NCBI GenBank assembly: GCA_964188305.1
Contig: OZ076886.1
Direction: 5' to 3' (one strand)
Length of the DNA: 64,000 bases
From: Podarcis bocagei
Lineage: Eukaryota
Shown piece by piece: positions 12,426-25,147 of this stretch. Every line of letters begins with the position of its first letter. Positions within the stretch are counted from its first letter, which is position 1. The translations under genes and the position numbers were made by a program. Below the pieces are notes generated by a model. The model had not been told where the DNA came from and did no database searches. It saw only the letters and a program-made list of their open reading frames with translations.

Positions 12426-13819
12426 TTCTAACTGAGTATTATTATTATTTTGATGTTTAGGACACAGCTATGAACCAGTTTCCTTAAAAGATAGTTTTGC
12501 ATTGCAATAGTCACCTGCTTTCAAAGATTTAATATTTCACAACGCTGAATGGAATCACATCTCCAAATTTTTATTTAAGAATTTGTCCCTTACTGAATCC
12601 CAATTTTTGTTAAGTATGGTTTAGTGTTTTGTGTGAATTGAGCCAGAATCTCTTAACACTGAGACCTGGCCACAAGTTTCCTGTTCCATGGAATTATGGG
12701 CCTGCTAGCTTGATCCAGTTCCCAATCCCTGTTCTATTATCTGTAGTATATTATATCTTTTTTAGAGTCCACAGTTATTTCAAATCAGATTACTAAACTG
12801 GGCATCACTCATCCTGCGTCTTCATTTTGTCTCTACCCCAGTAGCAGAGCTACTCTTCTTCCTGTTCCCATGCGATGGTTTTCTTAACAGTGCCTTTTCC
12901 TTTGTTTATTCTGCTTCATATCCTTTGCTTCCTTTACCCATCCTCTCTTGGGACTCTGTTATTTAGCCCGTTACTTACTTTGTCTCTCTTCCTCCGGCTG
13001 CCTTGCCTCCTGACCTTGAGTTTCCTTCTTGCTAGATCCTTTTTACTACTTTGCAAGAATAGAATGAAGGTTTATAGCCAGGAAGGTGACACAGAAAGGA
13101 CTCTGTATATGCGTGTCAGATGAAAGGCTAGAAGTACAGAGTGAAGCAAAAGGAAAGACTCATGCAGTCTCACAAATTTCTGGTTCCTTTAGTTTAGACC
13201 TTTTCTTTTTCACTCCCAGGGCAGAAAGTGAAATATACCTTTTTAAATGTATTTAACGCTTATACAGAATTCTCTTTTGAGTTAATGTTGTTAACTTCAT
13301 AGCATTTTAATGGTACAAGCATACACATACCTACTCAGAAGTAAGTCCCACTGAACTAAATGGGACTTACTGGTACATCCAGTTAACTGTATAATGTTAA
13401 ATCCAAAGTCTAATTTAAACTGCTACTGACTTCTAAGTGAATGGTTCATAATTATCATACACATATAACTGGGCTGAATGTTATGTTGATTTGCACTGCA
13501 CTTTGGGTTCTGCACTAGTCTTAAGTGCTCATTTTATCTGACCCGCCTGTAATTAAACCTGTCAGATCGGGAGCTTTTTACATGTAACCTTTTGTTTGGC
13601 CTAAGATTAAAGCTTTTGCCTGGGAACAAGATGTTTGTTTTCAGTATGGTTGTACATATTAAATTGTTCACTAGCAAGTGTAATACCATCCTGTTTTCAT
13701 GAATATTTGAAATTAGCCAGTAGTACTGCTCATATGTGCATAAATCATTTTAAGTACAGAATTTGTAATCTATGCATCCTGATGTTTTCTATTTGAAGAT
13801 ATTCTGTAATCAAAATGAT

Positions 13820-13821
<2 letters not shown>

Positions 13822-13860
<39 letters not shown>
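13822..13860. repeat. (AAT)13 microsatellite next to the exon 4 branch-point region
   Basis: Direct reading. Confidence 0.95.
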
Positions 13861-13861
<1 letters not shown>

Positions 13862-13898
13862 GAAGATTAACTGTCTTTTTTAAAATACCTTCCTCAAG

Positions 13899-13965
13899 TG
13901 TCAATTTACAGTATCTGGTTCTATGACAAGAATGACTGTCACCGAATAGCAAAACTCATGGCAAA
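13899..13965 (+). CDS. DCP1A: DCP1A coding exon 4 (LSIYSIWFYDKNDCHRIAKLMAK)
   Basis: cctcaag|TG...GCAAA|gtaagt; 67 nt; conserved IWFYD motif. Confidence 0.96.
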
Positions 13966-16003
13966 GTAAGTATCTCATTTTTTTAAAACAACTTTGTGTT
14001 ATTTCTAGTTTGCATTTTATAGCATTTCCTATAAAACCATGTATCTTTGCCAATAATTGTGCCGCCAGTAAAAATTCATGATAACTTAGTTTGTAATGTA
14101 CTGCTTAATTTTGTGCTTAGAGTAAAGGCCATTTACTTTCTGTGTTTGCATGCAATGCTAAGCCAAACTATGTCTTAGCACCCAGGCAATGTGATATGAG
14201 CTCTCTTATAGTGCGTACAAAGTTTATACATGAGCAGAACAGAAGTCAAAATATCTGGAGGATAATGCTATATCAGATAGCCCTGGTACCTCCAGTATCA
14301 GACACTACATGCCTCTGAATACTAGCTTATTTGATGGATGGATTAATTTGTTTAATTAACTTTCCCCTGCCCCATTTCTTCCGAAAGAAGCCTAGGATGG
14401 CAAACACAAGTGAATAAAACAATTCAATACAGATTCAGACTAGACAAATCCTATTGCTGGGGATCACAGTCAAGAGAGCACTTTTGCCCATGTGTCCTGC
14501 TTGTGGGCTTTCTGTAGACACCTGTTTAGCCACTGTGAAAACAGAATACTGAACTTGATAGGCCCTGGGCCAGGTCCAGCAGGACAATTCTTTGGTCAAG
14601 AATTTATCATAAACTGGTTCATTTTTATAATTGTAAAGTAACAGAATTATTGAACGGGTGCGATCCGTTGCTCAAAATGAGTGAGGAGTTGCAGTAGATC
14701 ACTGTACATAACACTCCTGATTCTGCAACCCAATGCTGGGTTCAAATTCTGGTCAAACCAGTGGATAAGAGTGGGGATTAGATTTGTGCTGGAGAGAGAG
14801 GGATTTATACCAAGTAGCACACGATCCCATGGCTACCAGTTTTTTAACCGTGGTTACAATGTTAGAAGCATTCCATCTGCATTGATCCAGTGATACAGAA
14901 TCAAAATACTCAGATCTGAAGCATGCAAATTAAGATCGTCTATGCCAATTAGTGAAGGTTTGCCTCGCTTCTTGTTGTGTAATTTGGTGGCTTTATCGCA
15001 GCGTGTGCCCAGCATGTCCTCTATATTACCTATGGTAAGGTCATGTCTTGGAGGACAAACCACACTTTTATTTGGCATCAAATAGCTGCATCAGCAAATA
15101 CTTTAGAGCTCAGAGAACGGACCACTCTCAACCCTCTCCAGGGAATTTATTGGTATTTATGATCTTCTGTTTCTGTGAGTTTTTCCTTCTAGACTGGGGA
15201 AACATTAATGTAATGATGGAGTAAGCTATTGGGAGTTAACTTGCCCTAGCATCCTTTCATGAAGAGAAGATATGGCGTGATTGACATGTTCTGTGATTGT
15301 TGTGATATCACCTTTTGGCTTTCCCATCAGCTGCCTGTAATATAGCCTGATGCTTTTGACATGGCATTTCCTGTTCTTAATAATCAAATCTACTCTCACT
15401 GCAGGAGACTAGATTAAAAAAAAACCAACCACTACTCCATCTCATTGAAGGTTACTGTGTGTTAATTCAGGTGGCTTTGATCTAACCTGTTTCAGGAAAG
15501 TGGACCATTAAGTTTTTAGCAGGCTCCCAAGTAGGGACCAAGCACTGGCTATTCTGAGCCAGAGCCTAGATCTCCTGCCCCCTTCCCTCCCATTTTAAAA
15601 GCTTTGTTGAAGGAAGCTTTTTTTATAGGGTTATTGGATGCCCTCTGAAGCAGAGTGGTGTTGATACCCAGCCACCCATCATCTTAAGCCACATCTGCAT
15701 TATACATTTTTAAAGCATAATCATACCAATGTAAATAGCCATGAGTTCCCTCAAGAATCCTGAGGACTGTAGTTAAGGGTGCAGAGATTTGTTAGAAGAC
15801 CTCTATTTTCCATTACTCAGCTACAATTCCCAAAGTTCCCTGGAAAGAGGGAGTGATTGCTACCCTGCTATGGTTCCCAGGATCCTTTAGGGGGAAGCCA
15901 TGACTATGTGGTATGATACTATATAAAATGTATAGTGCAGTTGTGGGCTCAGCTGCTGAGAGGCATCTATGTTTGTAAATTAGCATCTCCAAATATTATG
16001 CAT

Positions 16004-16401
16004 CAGGGATGCCATCTCGTCCTCGGGATTGTGGGTGCCTGCCGCTGCAACATGGGCGTGCTACGTTACACACACTACATGCAGGCGTGTGTGTGTGACA
16101 TCACATGTCCATGTTGCGGCGGCGGTGGCTCCTCTTATTCCTCCTCTCCGCAGCTAGCGGTGTACTGTTTTCTGTGGGGAGAGGCTCAGACTAGGAGGTG
16201 GAGAGACCCTGCTCCACATCCAAGCCCCACGCCCTGGAAAAGGATGGCTTGCTCACTGGCTGCGAGGACGGAACTGAACTGTTTCTCTCTCAGAGGCAGC
16301 ACCGCTTCTGCCTGCTGGCTTTTCTCATTGACTTTGTGGTGGCTCAGCCTCCACAAGTCACTACTGTGGGTGCCCACGGCCCCCTGGAGATGGCTCCTAT
16401 G
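16004..16401. mobile_element. hAT-type non-autonomous element
   Basis: Ends cagggatgccatctc / ggagatggctcctatg; TSD TTATGCAT/TAATGCAT (7/8). Confidence 0.6.
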
Positions 16402-16510
16402 TAATGCATATTTGGGTCATGGGCTTGTGCCCTGATCCTTTAAATTTCTAGCAATGTTCCTGCTCTGGACCAGTGAGAGAGGTTATGGTAAAATAATAGT
16501 CTCCTTTAAA

Positions 16511-16534
16511 ACACACACACACACACACACACAC
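16511..16534. repeat. (AC)12 microsatellite
   Basis: Direct reading. Confidence 0.9.
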
Positions 16535-17558
16535 AATTGATATCCCATCTTTCTATGCATATGTACACTGAAAGTTACATTTAAAACAAAATAAATGTGA
16601 CAATATAATCAACTGAAATCTAAAAGTTAGCACAGTATATTGCAAAACAGAAGCAAAACAAACCTTTAAAAGGCTCTGACTAAAAATGCAAGTTGAAATA
16701 AAATAGTCTGTAAGTGCGCACTTGAAAATAGGCCATGAAGGGATCAGACATACCTCTCAGTGACTAGACTATATCATTTGTATTTCTTTCCCTCTAATCT
16801 TATTCTTTCTTATACAGAATTTTGCACACAAACACACCATCCAGCTGATGAGAATCAGGCTATTCCCATAATGCACTTAGAGCTTCCTGTGATAATTTGT
16901 GCCAAAAAATGTCATTATAAACTGGGCTCTATTGGTTGGCAATAAAACATTTTTGGAATTGTGGCTAATAAAGGATTTTATAGAGGAATCTCCTGGTGTT
17001 GTTTTTTGATGGGCTGCTGCTGTATTTCACACTGTATATATTGTACATGTCTACAAAAGTGGGAAATGTTCACATGAAAAGTGAATTGGCGTGTCTTGGT
17101 GACTGAGCATATTTACAAGTAGCCCAAATTCAAAATTCCTTCAAATGCGTGAAAGCTTTTTGTTTGTGTAAGTGATCTGCTTTTTTTTAGAAAGTACATT
17201 TACTCCTTCTACTATCTTGAAAATGACCTAACTTGGTCATAACCAGTGGAATCACAGGTGTTGGTTTACAGTATTACTTGCTCCAATTTACATGGCCTTA
17301 CTGTTAGGTTATCTAAATGCTGTACATAACCACTGTACAAAACCCTGCCAGTTTTGGGAAGTAGAAACCAGCAATGAATTTAAATGATAAAATTCAGGTT
17401 TAGAACGTATAGCTCTGTTGGGGTTAAGATGTGCACAGAATTCATGAAGCATGTATTCAGTTCAAAATATGAAACATATGAAAATATGAATGGTGTGTTT
17501 TACTGTACATTTTTAATAAAATCTAATCATATGCTGTTTCCCCCCTCCTCTATCATAG

Positions 17559-17682
17559 AGTAGTGCAAGAAGAAGCTCAGAGATCCCAGCTGCTGTTCCA
17601 GGACAGAAGAAGTGTCAGCAGGATTAATGGATGCACTGATATCCTAGAGATGCTTAGCAAAGCTAAGGTTGAATATGAACAG
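17559..17682 (+). CDS. DCP1A: DCP1A coding exon 5 (VVQEEAQRSQ...DILEMLSKAKVEYEQ)
   Basis: tcatag|A GTA GTG...GAA CAG|gtaagg; 124 nt; conserved DILxMLxKAKxEY motif. Confidence 0.94.
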
Positions 17683-18450
17683 GTAAGGAAAGTATCTATA
17701 TTAGAAATCAGAGGTCAGACTTGCATTACATATTTTAGTGGGAGCCAAAATAAACTAACTGCTAACTGTTGGATGGTTATCCCTCAAGTATTTCCATTCA
17801 TTCTCTTTTCTTTTTCTAGCAGTAGGCACTGGCAAAATGGGGCTGTCCTGCTTTGTTTTTCTGAGAATAACTGGATTTTCATTAATGTAATTTTTGTGTG
17901 TCACTGTAAATAATTAGGCTTTTGAAATTTAATTTCAATCTCAAATGGCTGCCTTTCTGGAAGCTGAGATAAAAGTCAACGGAGGTGTTGCATACTATTA
18001 CTGAAGGTTCATGTTCCGTCTGTGCAAACTTGATTATATTACCAACAGTCCAGGAAAAGTGGGCAACAACAAAGTTGCCTGTATTTTAGTATCCCCCTAG
18101 CACAACTTCACACTAGAAACTTTCCTTACAGTCTTCAGTACTATAATACAGTCTGTTTTCTTTCTCCTTACCCAAACTTGCTGAAGGAGAAAGAGTGAGC
18201 AGTGAATCATCATAGGCAGTGCATGGCAATATTACAATGCCTCAGGGCATGTTGAATCATGAAGCAAATGGCTAAGGGCTTTCATCTATCCTGGAATACC
18301 AATTTTAGACACATTGGTGTTTATCCAAGCTAGAATAAGTTGCTGTACCTTTTAAAAACGAAAACAGTAGCCTGTCATGGTTTATAAAATAATGGCGACA
18401 TAATCTGTCTTGGCTCTGACAGTGTTGACTGAAAACTTATAAGGAGAAAC

Positions 18451-18453
<3 letters not shown>

Positions 18454-18501
<48 letters not shown>
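18454..18501. repeat. (GA)24 microsatellite
   Basis: Direct reading. Confidence 0.95.
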
Positions 18502-18504
<3 letters not shown>

Positions 18505-21312
18505 CCCCCCAAGCTTCTGTTTTATTTGGGAGAAGGGGGTTATGTGAGTTAAACATGCAAATATGGTTTTGCCTTAGTATTTTACATTTGATCAGTTTAA
18601 ATTTCTTCGTTTAATGCCTTCCCAACTCTCACCTTCAGTAGTAATCTGTCTAGATAATGTATAGTTGTCTAGCTCACCCTGTGTCTTCTTAATTGTATTG
18701 CAACCACACATCCATTACTGCCTAGGTTCTATTAACTATGGCAGTCTCCCCACCATCCCTCCAACTCGCCTGTGGTGGGGTGTCCAGTCCTTCAGAAACG
18801 TGTGCACCATGTACGCCTCATCTACTTCAAGCCCCCACCCATCTTGTTCCCCCCCTCCTCAGGGAGACATGTTAAATGAATCATGTAGGACTAGAGGTAA
18901 TAAGAGAAAAGAGAATTAGCAAGTACTCCTTGATTTTGATTTTTTTAAGGTGGTGGAGTAGAATGAATTAAGAAAAGGAGCAGTTTCAATTAGTTGGGTC
19001 CAGAGTATCTACTTCCATTTTTTGAAAGAAGCCTGGATCCATCAGAGGTTCCCGGTCATGGATGAGAAGATGACTTATGGCAATTTTCCCATGAAGCCTT
19101 ATTCACCACCTGCCACACTTTTCTGAAGGGTCCCCTAGTGCTACAGTATACCTTTCAGGGAGCGACGGAACGAAGGAGAAGTCATTGAAAATACTCCCCC
19201 CCTCCCCCTCTTCATGTGTGGAATGTTTTGTGGCCGCAACGCTGTTCATGGGATTTCTCAACACAATTCAACAACATTGAGACATTAACATTATTATTTC
19301 TGTATCTACATAATGGAATAAAGAAAACCTCCTAATTTTCTGCTTTCCATGCTGTTAAAGACAAAGGAGAAGCCCAGAAATAATGTGGCATCCTTAATCA
19401 TGTGAACTATTCTGGAAAATATGTCTACTTGTCTGTCTTGTAAACGTCATTGTAAGCTAACTTTCTGTCTAAATCTGCATGCCCTCTTTTCTCTTGGGGT
19501 CTAATATGAATAGCTTGGACAGGTTGAATTGAATCACTTGATTTAATGTATACACCATTCTGTACACTCAGGGCAGGTTGAATTCATTATAATGCTGCCT
19601 CTTCCATCTGTGGGAGGCAGGGACTCCGACTCCACATTCTTGCGCATACTTTGCATAACTCCTCCAGCTATTGAAATGTGCCCTAAACCACAGCTATCCA
19701 ATTTGGTTTTCAGAGGTGATGCTTCTAAATATGCAGCTCTGTAAAGTACCTGTTTAATGAAAGAAATGAGAGAGAAGCTTTAGAAATAAACTCCTGGTAT
19801 AAATTGAATTAGTGTTTTATGTTGTTTAGTTGTGGGTTCTTTCTGTTGCTGTGTCATGTGACTTACACATTATTGCTCCTTATTTTTTTAATTGTATGCT
19901 TTTTCAAGCATGTGTATGTTTTTATGTCATTCCTCTTACTAATTCCTTGCCAATTATTTTGAGTCTATAATAATTATAGATGAATTTGCATTTTATAGAA
20001 AAATCTGCCTAGTACAGTCCAGATGGATCATAAAATAATCCTGCTGTGCAGCCCACATGTGGTGGGCAGAGAGTCGGCATGAGAATGGGTAGCAAGGAGT
20101 GAGAAAAGAGCTTTGTAACTGCCTGAGTGATTTAATATAGGATTCTAAATCAGTTTAATCTTTCATGTATTCTCTGCATCCAGTCGGTATGTGAAAATGA
20201 ATGAGTTTGGTTAGTGGGTAGATTCTTTTTTAAAAATAGCTAACTTTTTCCCTCCCTCTTCAGAAAGATTATAACACTTTTTGTAACCTGGCCTTAAACA
20301 AGCAATGATATTTTGGGATTGTATTTATAAACAATGAAATTGGGCTTAAATTCCTTACCAAAATGTTAACCACACTAAAAGTGCAGGAAATTGGGGGGGG
20401 GGGAGAGAAACAGACACGGCAGAGGGGGTATTGTCAATCTATGTTGTGAATTTTAAATCTGTAAGATAAAGTACATCTTTACGTATTTATGCAAAGTTGT
20501 AGTGATGTGGCAGGTTTCCATTGCTGGCCATGTTTGCAGCTTGCAGCTTGCTACAGTCGGCTTAACTTCCTTGTGTTGATGGTCAGCTCATGAAGCTTGA
20601 AGCTTGTACTTGGGGAAAAACTTTGCGTAAGGTAATATATCGACTGAATTTTTTCTCCAACAGCAGCAAAGACTGTCAACTTCAGCTCTGTTGACTGCAT
20701 CATAAATGGCACACTCAAGATTTAAACTGGCAGGTCTCTTGAACCATGAAGCTGAATCATCACTTTATTTTAGTGCTGTTAGTACATTTGCCTAATGCCT
20801 GGAAACATGCTGGACTCATGACTGTTCTAGCTAATTTTATAATTGTTCTGTGTACACCTTGGTGTGTATTTTCACAAGTGTAAGCACATCTACCCTTTTA
20901 GAGGACATGCACCCGGTTGTATAGCTGTAAGAGATGTTTTAAAACTCTGTTGCCTAGACATTCTGTATCTTCTCCATTCATTTGGGTAACCCAAATGGCC
21001 TGAGTCATGCATTCTTGTCTAGCTGACAACGGCTGGGAGAACTGTTTGGGTTGAAGCTGGGTGATACTGGCCATAATGTTTAATCAGCTTCTGATCAAGT
21101 CGTGCCTTTACCATGACACTGGCAGAACTATCATATGATTGTGCAGTGTGATCACCACAATATTGAATAGATAGTATGTTGTGAAAAGCATAAAAGTGCA
21201 GAGAGAAGAAGAGCAGGCGAGGCAGAGATCTTCCTGGGAGGTTTATAGAGGGGTGCGAAAAATGAACACGTCTGAGTGGGAATTAAAAACAATAATGCAT
21301 TTTATTTTCTAG

Positions 21313-21423
21313 AATCAGAAGAGTGACCTCATTTGTTGGACACAACCAAGTGCAAATCCCACAAAGACGGAAAATACAGAGATTTCAGAGCATGGATCAT
21401 CAATGTTACAAATGCAAGACCAT
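21313..21423 (+). CDS. DCP1A: DCP1A coding exon 6 (NQKSDLICW...MQDH, linker)
   Basis: ttttctag|AAT CAG...GAC CAT|gtatgt; 111 nt, phase 0/0, open frame; starts NQ as the human exon does. Confidence 0.85.
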
Positions 21424-21501
21424 GTATGTTCATTTTAAAGCACTGTGACACTACTGCACTGTTTTGTTACCTTTATAATAATTGGATCATGGGGTTGTAT
21501 C

Positions 21502-21665
21502 CACTTCTTTTTTTCTGGGGGGACGCATACCCTTAAATATTTTGTGAATCTTTGTCCTTTTATCCATTTACTATATTTATTCTTCCTGATTTAAACTATA
21601 AAATGGTGTTTTTCTTGAGTCAAAATGAGAGTACTCCTTAACATTTTTAAAGAAAAAAAGCACTG
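21502..21665. mobile_element. hAT MITE inserted in the terminus of another palindromic MITE
   Basis: Perfect 8-bp TSD GTTGTATC; TIR cacttcttttttt / aaaaaaagcactg. Confidence 0.78.
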
Positions 21666-22235
21666 GTTGTATCCAATGGTAGTATTGTGAGCCAAGGCAC
21701 CCCATTTTCACCAAGGCACCCCAACAATTGACGCCCTCTGTGCTATATCCCATAGTGTTTCAGAGGATCCTCTGGCTCTCAGGAAAAGCTTTTGAGGGGC
21801 ATAGGGGACTTGTCCTGGGTAGGAGAGATCAGTAAAATTGGGAGCCATGTTTTGTGCAAGTGGAAGTGCTTAATACTAGTGCAGAGCCACCAGTTGGTAA
21901 CAACCATTATGAGTTTATAGGTCCTTCTTACTGGAACATGGTGTTCTGTAGATTGCATTCAGTGCTGTTCATAGGCAGCTGTTTGGATCCAGCAGAGGCT
22001 TCTATAAACAGAAGGGGGTGGGAAATAATTTTCACTGATTTCCCCCTTCCCTCTGGAGACCTTCCAGAACAACATGGAAGATCACTTGGAAGACGGCAGA
22101 AGAAAGAGGCAAGTTGCCAAAAACAAAACAAACAAAAAACCCCAACCCCCTCCCTCTTCTGCTGGATCAAAGAGCCTTTTGTGTACAGAAGGGACAGCAT
22201 TGGAAGCAACCCCTGTTGTCTTCATTTTAAAGGTA

Positions 22236-22461
22236 CAGTGGTACCTCGGGTTACATACGCTTCAGGTGACAGACTCCACTAACCCAGAAATAGTACCTCA
22301 GGTTAAGAACTTTGCTTCAGAATGAGAACAGAAATCGTGCTCTGGCGGCACAGTGGCAGCAGGAGGCCCCATTAGCTAAAGTGGTACCTCAGGTTAAGAA
22401 CAGTTTCAGGTTAAGAACAGAGCTCCGGAACAAATTAAGTACTTAACCCGAGGTACCACTG
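22236..22461 (+). mobile_element. Tigger-like MITE (copy A; orientation arbitrary)
   Basis: TIR CAGTGGTACCTCGGGTTA / TAACCCGAGGTACCACTG. Confidence 0.88.
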
Positions 22462-24397
22462 CATAGGTGAACTCTGTGTTGAACGATACCTGAACTATCA
22501 CATATTATATTTGTTGGGGCCGCCTCAGGTGGCGTGATCTCAAGCTTCCTCTGCTGCTTTAAAAACAACAAGAGTTCCTAACACAAGAGAAACAGGCTAG
22601 ACTGGAACTTTTCTTTTCCATGGTGCTTTAAGCTTAGAAAGAAGAATGTGAGAACCATGAGTGCAGCATTCATGCCTCTGTTGTATGTCTAAACATGGGG
22701 CAGCGCCCATTGGATTCTGCCCCTTCTGTAGCTTGCTTTTAAAGCAACAGTAGGGAAGTCTGACCACCTAGGCCAGCTTTTGGCCCTCATCGGACATCTT
22801 AAAGCTTATCAGTCAACTAAACAGGAGCTTTGGCTAAGAAGTGAGACAGATAGCCAAGAAAGATACTGTATACTAATACAGAAAATTGGTTGCAAGAAAT
22901 AAGATGAGCAGGTCTTGTGCCTGCTAATAGTGCCATCTCATGGAGGAAAAGAAGTGGTGCACAATTTAATCTTGGAGAGTCTCCTTCTAGAAATGGGGTT
23001 TTAGGGCCATTTTGTCTTACTGAAGCCACTGAGGGTTTTTGACAGATCTACAAGGAGAATTTTGGATGTTGGATGTTTCGATTTTTAAATTGATGCATTT
23101 GATCAGAAGTAGTCTTATGTGCCTTTTTGGCTCTTAATGGGCTTTGGGGTGCAAAGTCCCAATTATTAGTATGGAATTGAAGATTAAAGTGAACCAGTGC
23201 TGTAAGATTCTAAAATGTTACACTTCTAGATCACAGGAGTTTTTCCATCCTTTTTATTTCTCTTTCTCTGCCACCTTTTTCCGTTTATTATTCTCTTCCC
23301 TCCCTCCCTCCCTCCCTCCCTTCTTTCCTTTTTGGTGTCTTCTATTCTGGGCCATTATTGGGCTTATACACACATGGAAGGTAATGGCTGGCTGGTGAAG
23401 GGCCCTGTGTGAGAGGCAGGGAAGGGAAGAAAGGGAATCTCTCAGGTGATAACTGGAAGGGTCAACCCCATTCTCTGTGAGACAAGGACTAAGATCTATT
23501 TGAGAGAGGACTTTGCTATTTCTTTTTCTTTTCATTTAGATTCATTTGTCTTTTATTATATTGTATTATGAAACGGCTTCCATTTTTTTATATATATATA
23601 AATGAGTTTTGCAGTTCTGAAAGTGGCAGGGAGCTAATTTTCTCACCATGAATATTTGCTTCTGTGCACAGGGAGCAAATAAATCCTTGCAGTAATAACA
23701 CACAACCCCATTTCTCCTCCATGCTGGAGCCCTGCCTTGTGTACAGTAACACACCATGTCATGGAAAGTAACCCAGTACCCTTTTGTTGGCCTTCTAGCA
23801 GCTCATTCCTTCCTATGCCCATGTGCAGAGCTTACTTCTACTTTAAACTCCTTTTTTGTACTTATCTATTATAGTTTGCAATCTTTACAGATATGAACTA
23901 CTTATTTGTGAGGCGAAACTGATAATTCCTTGAAGTATCATTTGGACTGGCATGAGATAGGATGGCAATATTTGTGTAGAATGGGTGAAGGAGTATGAAA
24001 ATAAATAGCTTCTTGGGGCAAGTGTGCTTACGGCTCCATCATTTTTTTAAGTCACCTGATAAATAGTCTCTCCTTAAAGGTATTTGCAAATTAAAATGCT
24101 TTGCAATTTTAAGGACAATGAAAAGCAGTAGGAAAACAAACTCTTTCAATTGGGATTCCAAGAATTGGTTGTTAGCATGTATTGTTTCACCGTGATATAC
24201 AAGCATATTGTGCCACATAAGTATAAAAATATTGTTGATAAAACCTATGGCCCGTAATGTGTTTTTTGCATGGCTCTATAACTTTTAGCAAGCTGTTCTC
24301 TTTTAAATTCTGCACACTACCACTAATTTACTGGAGACTTGTCTTTGCATACATTTTAAGCTGAGCTTCTGGTTGTTCTTTTTTTCTCTATTTCTAG

Positions 24398-25147
24398 CCG
24401 TGCTCATCCATACCAAAACACCTAACAGTGGAAGAGTTATTTGGAACTTCATTTCCAAAGGAACACAGTACAGTTCCCTACTCGAATCCAGAGAGAACCA
24501 AGAAGCCTGACTCCTCATGCAGAGAGCACAATTTGCTCCTTCCTTTTTCATTTGAGCAGTCGACAGTGATCCATCAGCCTCTGGGGAAACTGGATGGCTC
24601 AAGCTTCAAAAGTAATTCTTGTACCTTATTGCCACAGGAGTGTATGCCGCCCTTGCTGATTGCCTCACCTTCTGCCCCACAACCTGAAGTGAATAAAGCT
24701 CCAAACTATGCCGTACAGCTAAGCCCTAACCTTAATTCCACTCTGGCCACAGAAGCTCCCTGTGTGCAAATGCTTCAGAGCGGCAGCACAAACAATAACA
24801 TGCTGCAAGTTATGCAGCAGGCTGCCAAGCAAATGTCTCCGCTTGTGAATCAGCAGCCGTCTGATATGAACCACGGTCCGCAGAACATCACTCCCAGTCA
24901 GAACCAATTCTTAACATCTTTGGCTGCAACCAGTACAGAAAGCGCTTCGAACATGCCGCATCCAAATACGGATCTCCTTCAAAAACTCAGGTTGACCCCA
25001 CAACATGATGTTATGCAGCAGTCGGCAAATAAAGCGCCAGTAGCACCTAACTCCTCTTCTGCCGCTAGCCAGCTGGCGACCCCAGATCGTTTCAAAGAAT
25101 CCCACACCAAACAAGCCCTGACCGGTAAAGCAATTCCATCTGTTCAG
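24398..25147 (+). CDS. DCP1A: DCP1A coding exon 7 (large Pro/Ser/Gln-rich exon; KHLTVEELFG, DLLQKL)
   Basis: tttctag|CCG...GTT CAG|gtcagt; 750 nt; corresponds to ORF 24428-25168; helical leucine-rich motifs typical of DCP1. Confidence 0.95.

Noticed and set aside
15002-15034. Possible 33-nt poison exon in DCP1A intron 4 (would create TGA at the exon 5 junction)
   Set aside because: Good donor but mediocre acceptor; such pseudo-exons are common and I have no conservation or read evidence
15935-16435. 166-aa Cys/Trp-rich ORF
   Set aside because: Lies over a hAT MITE, starts at GTG, and has no recognisable domain or splice context
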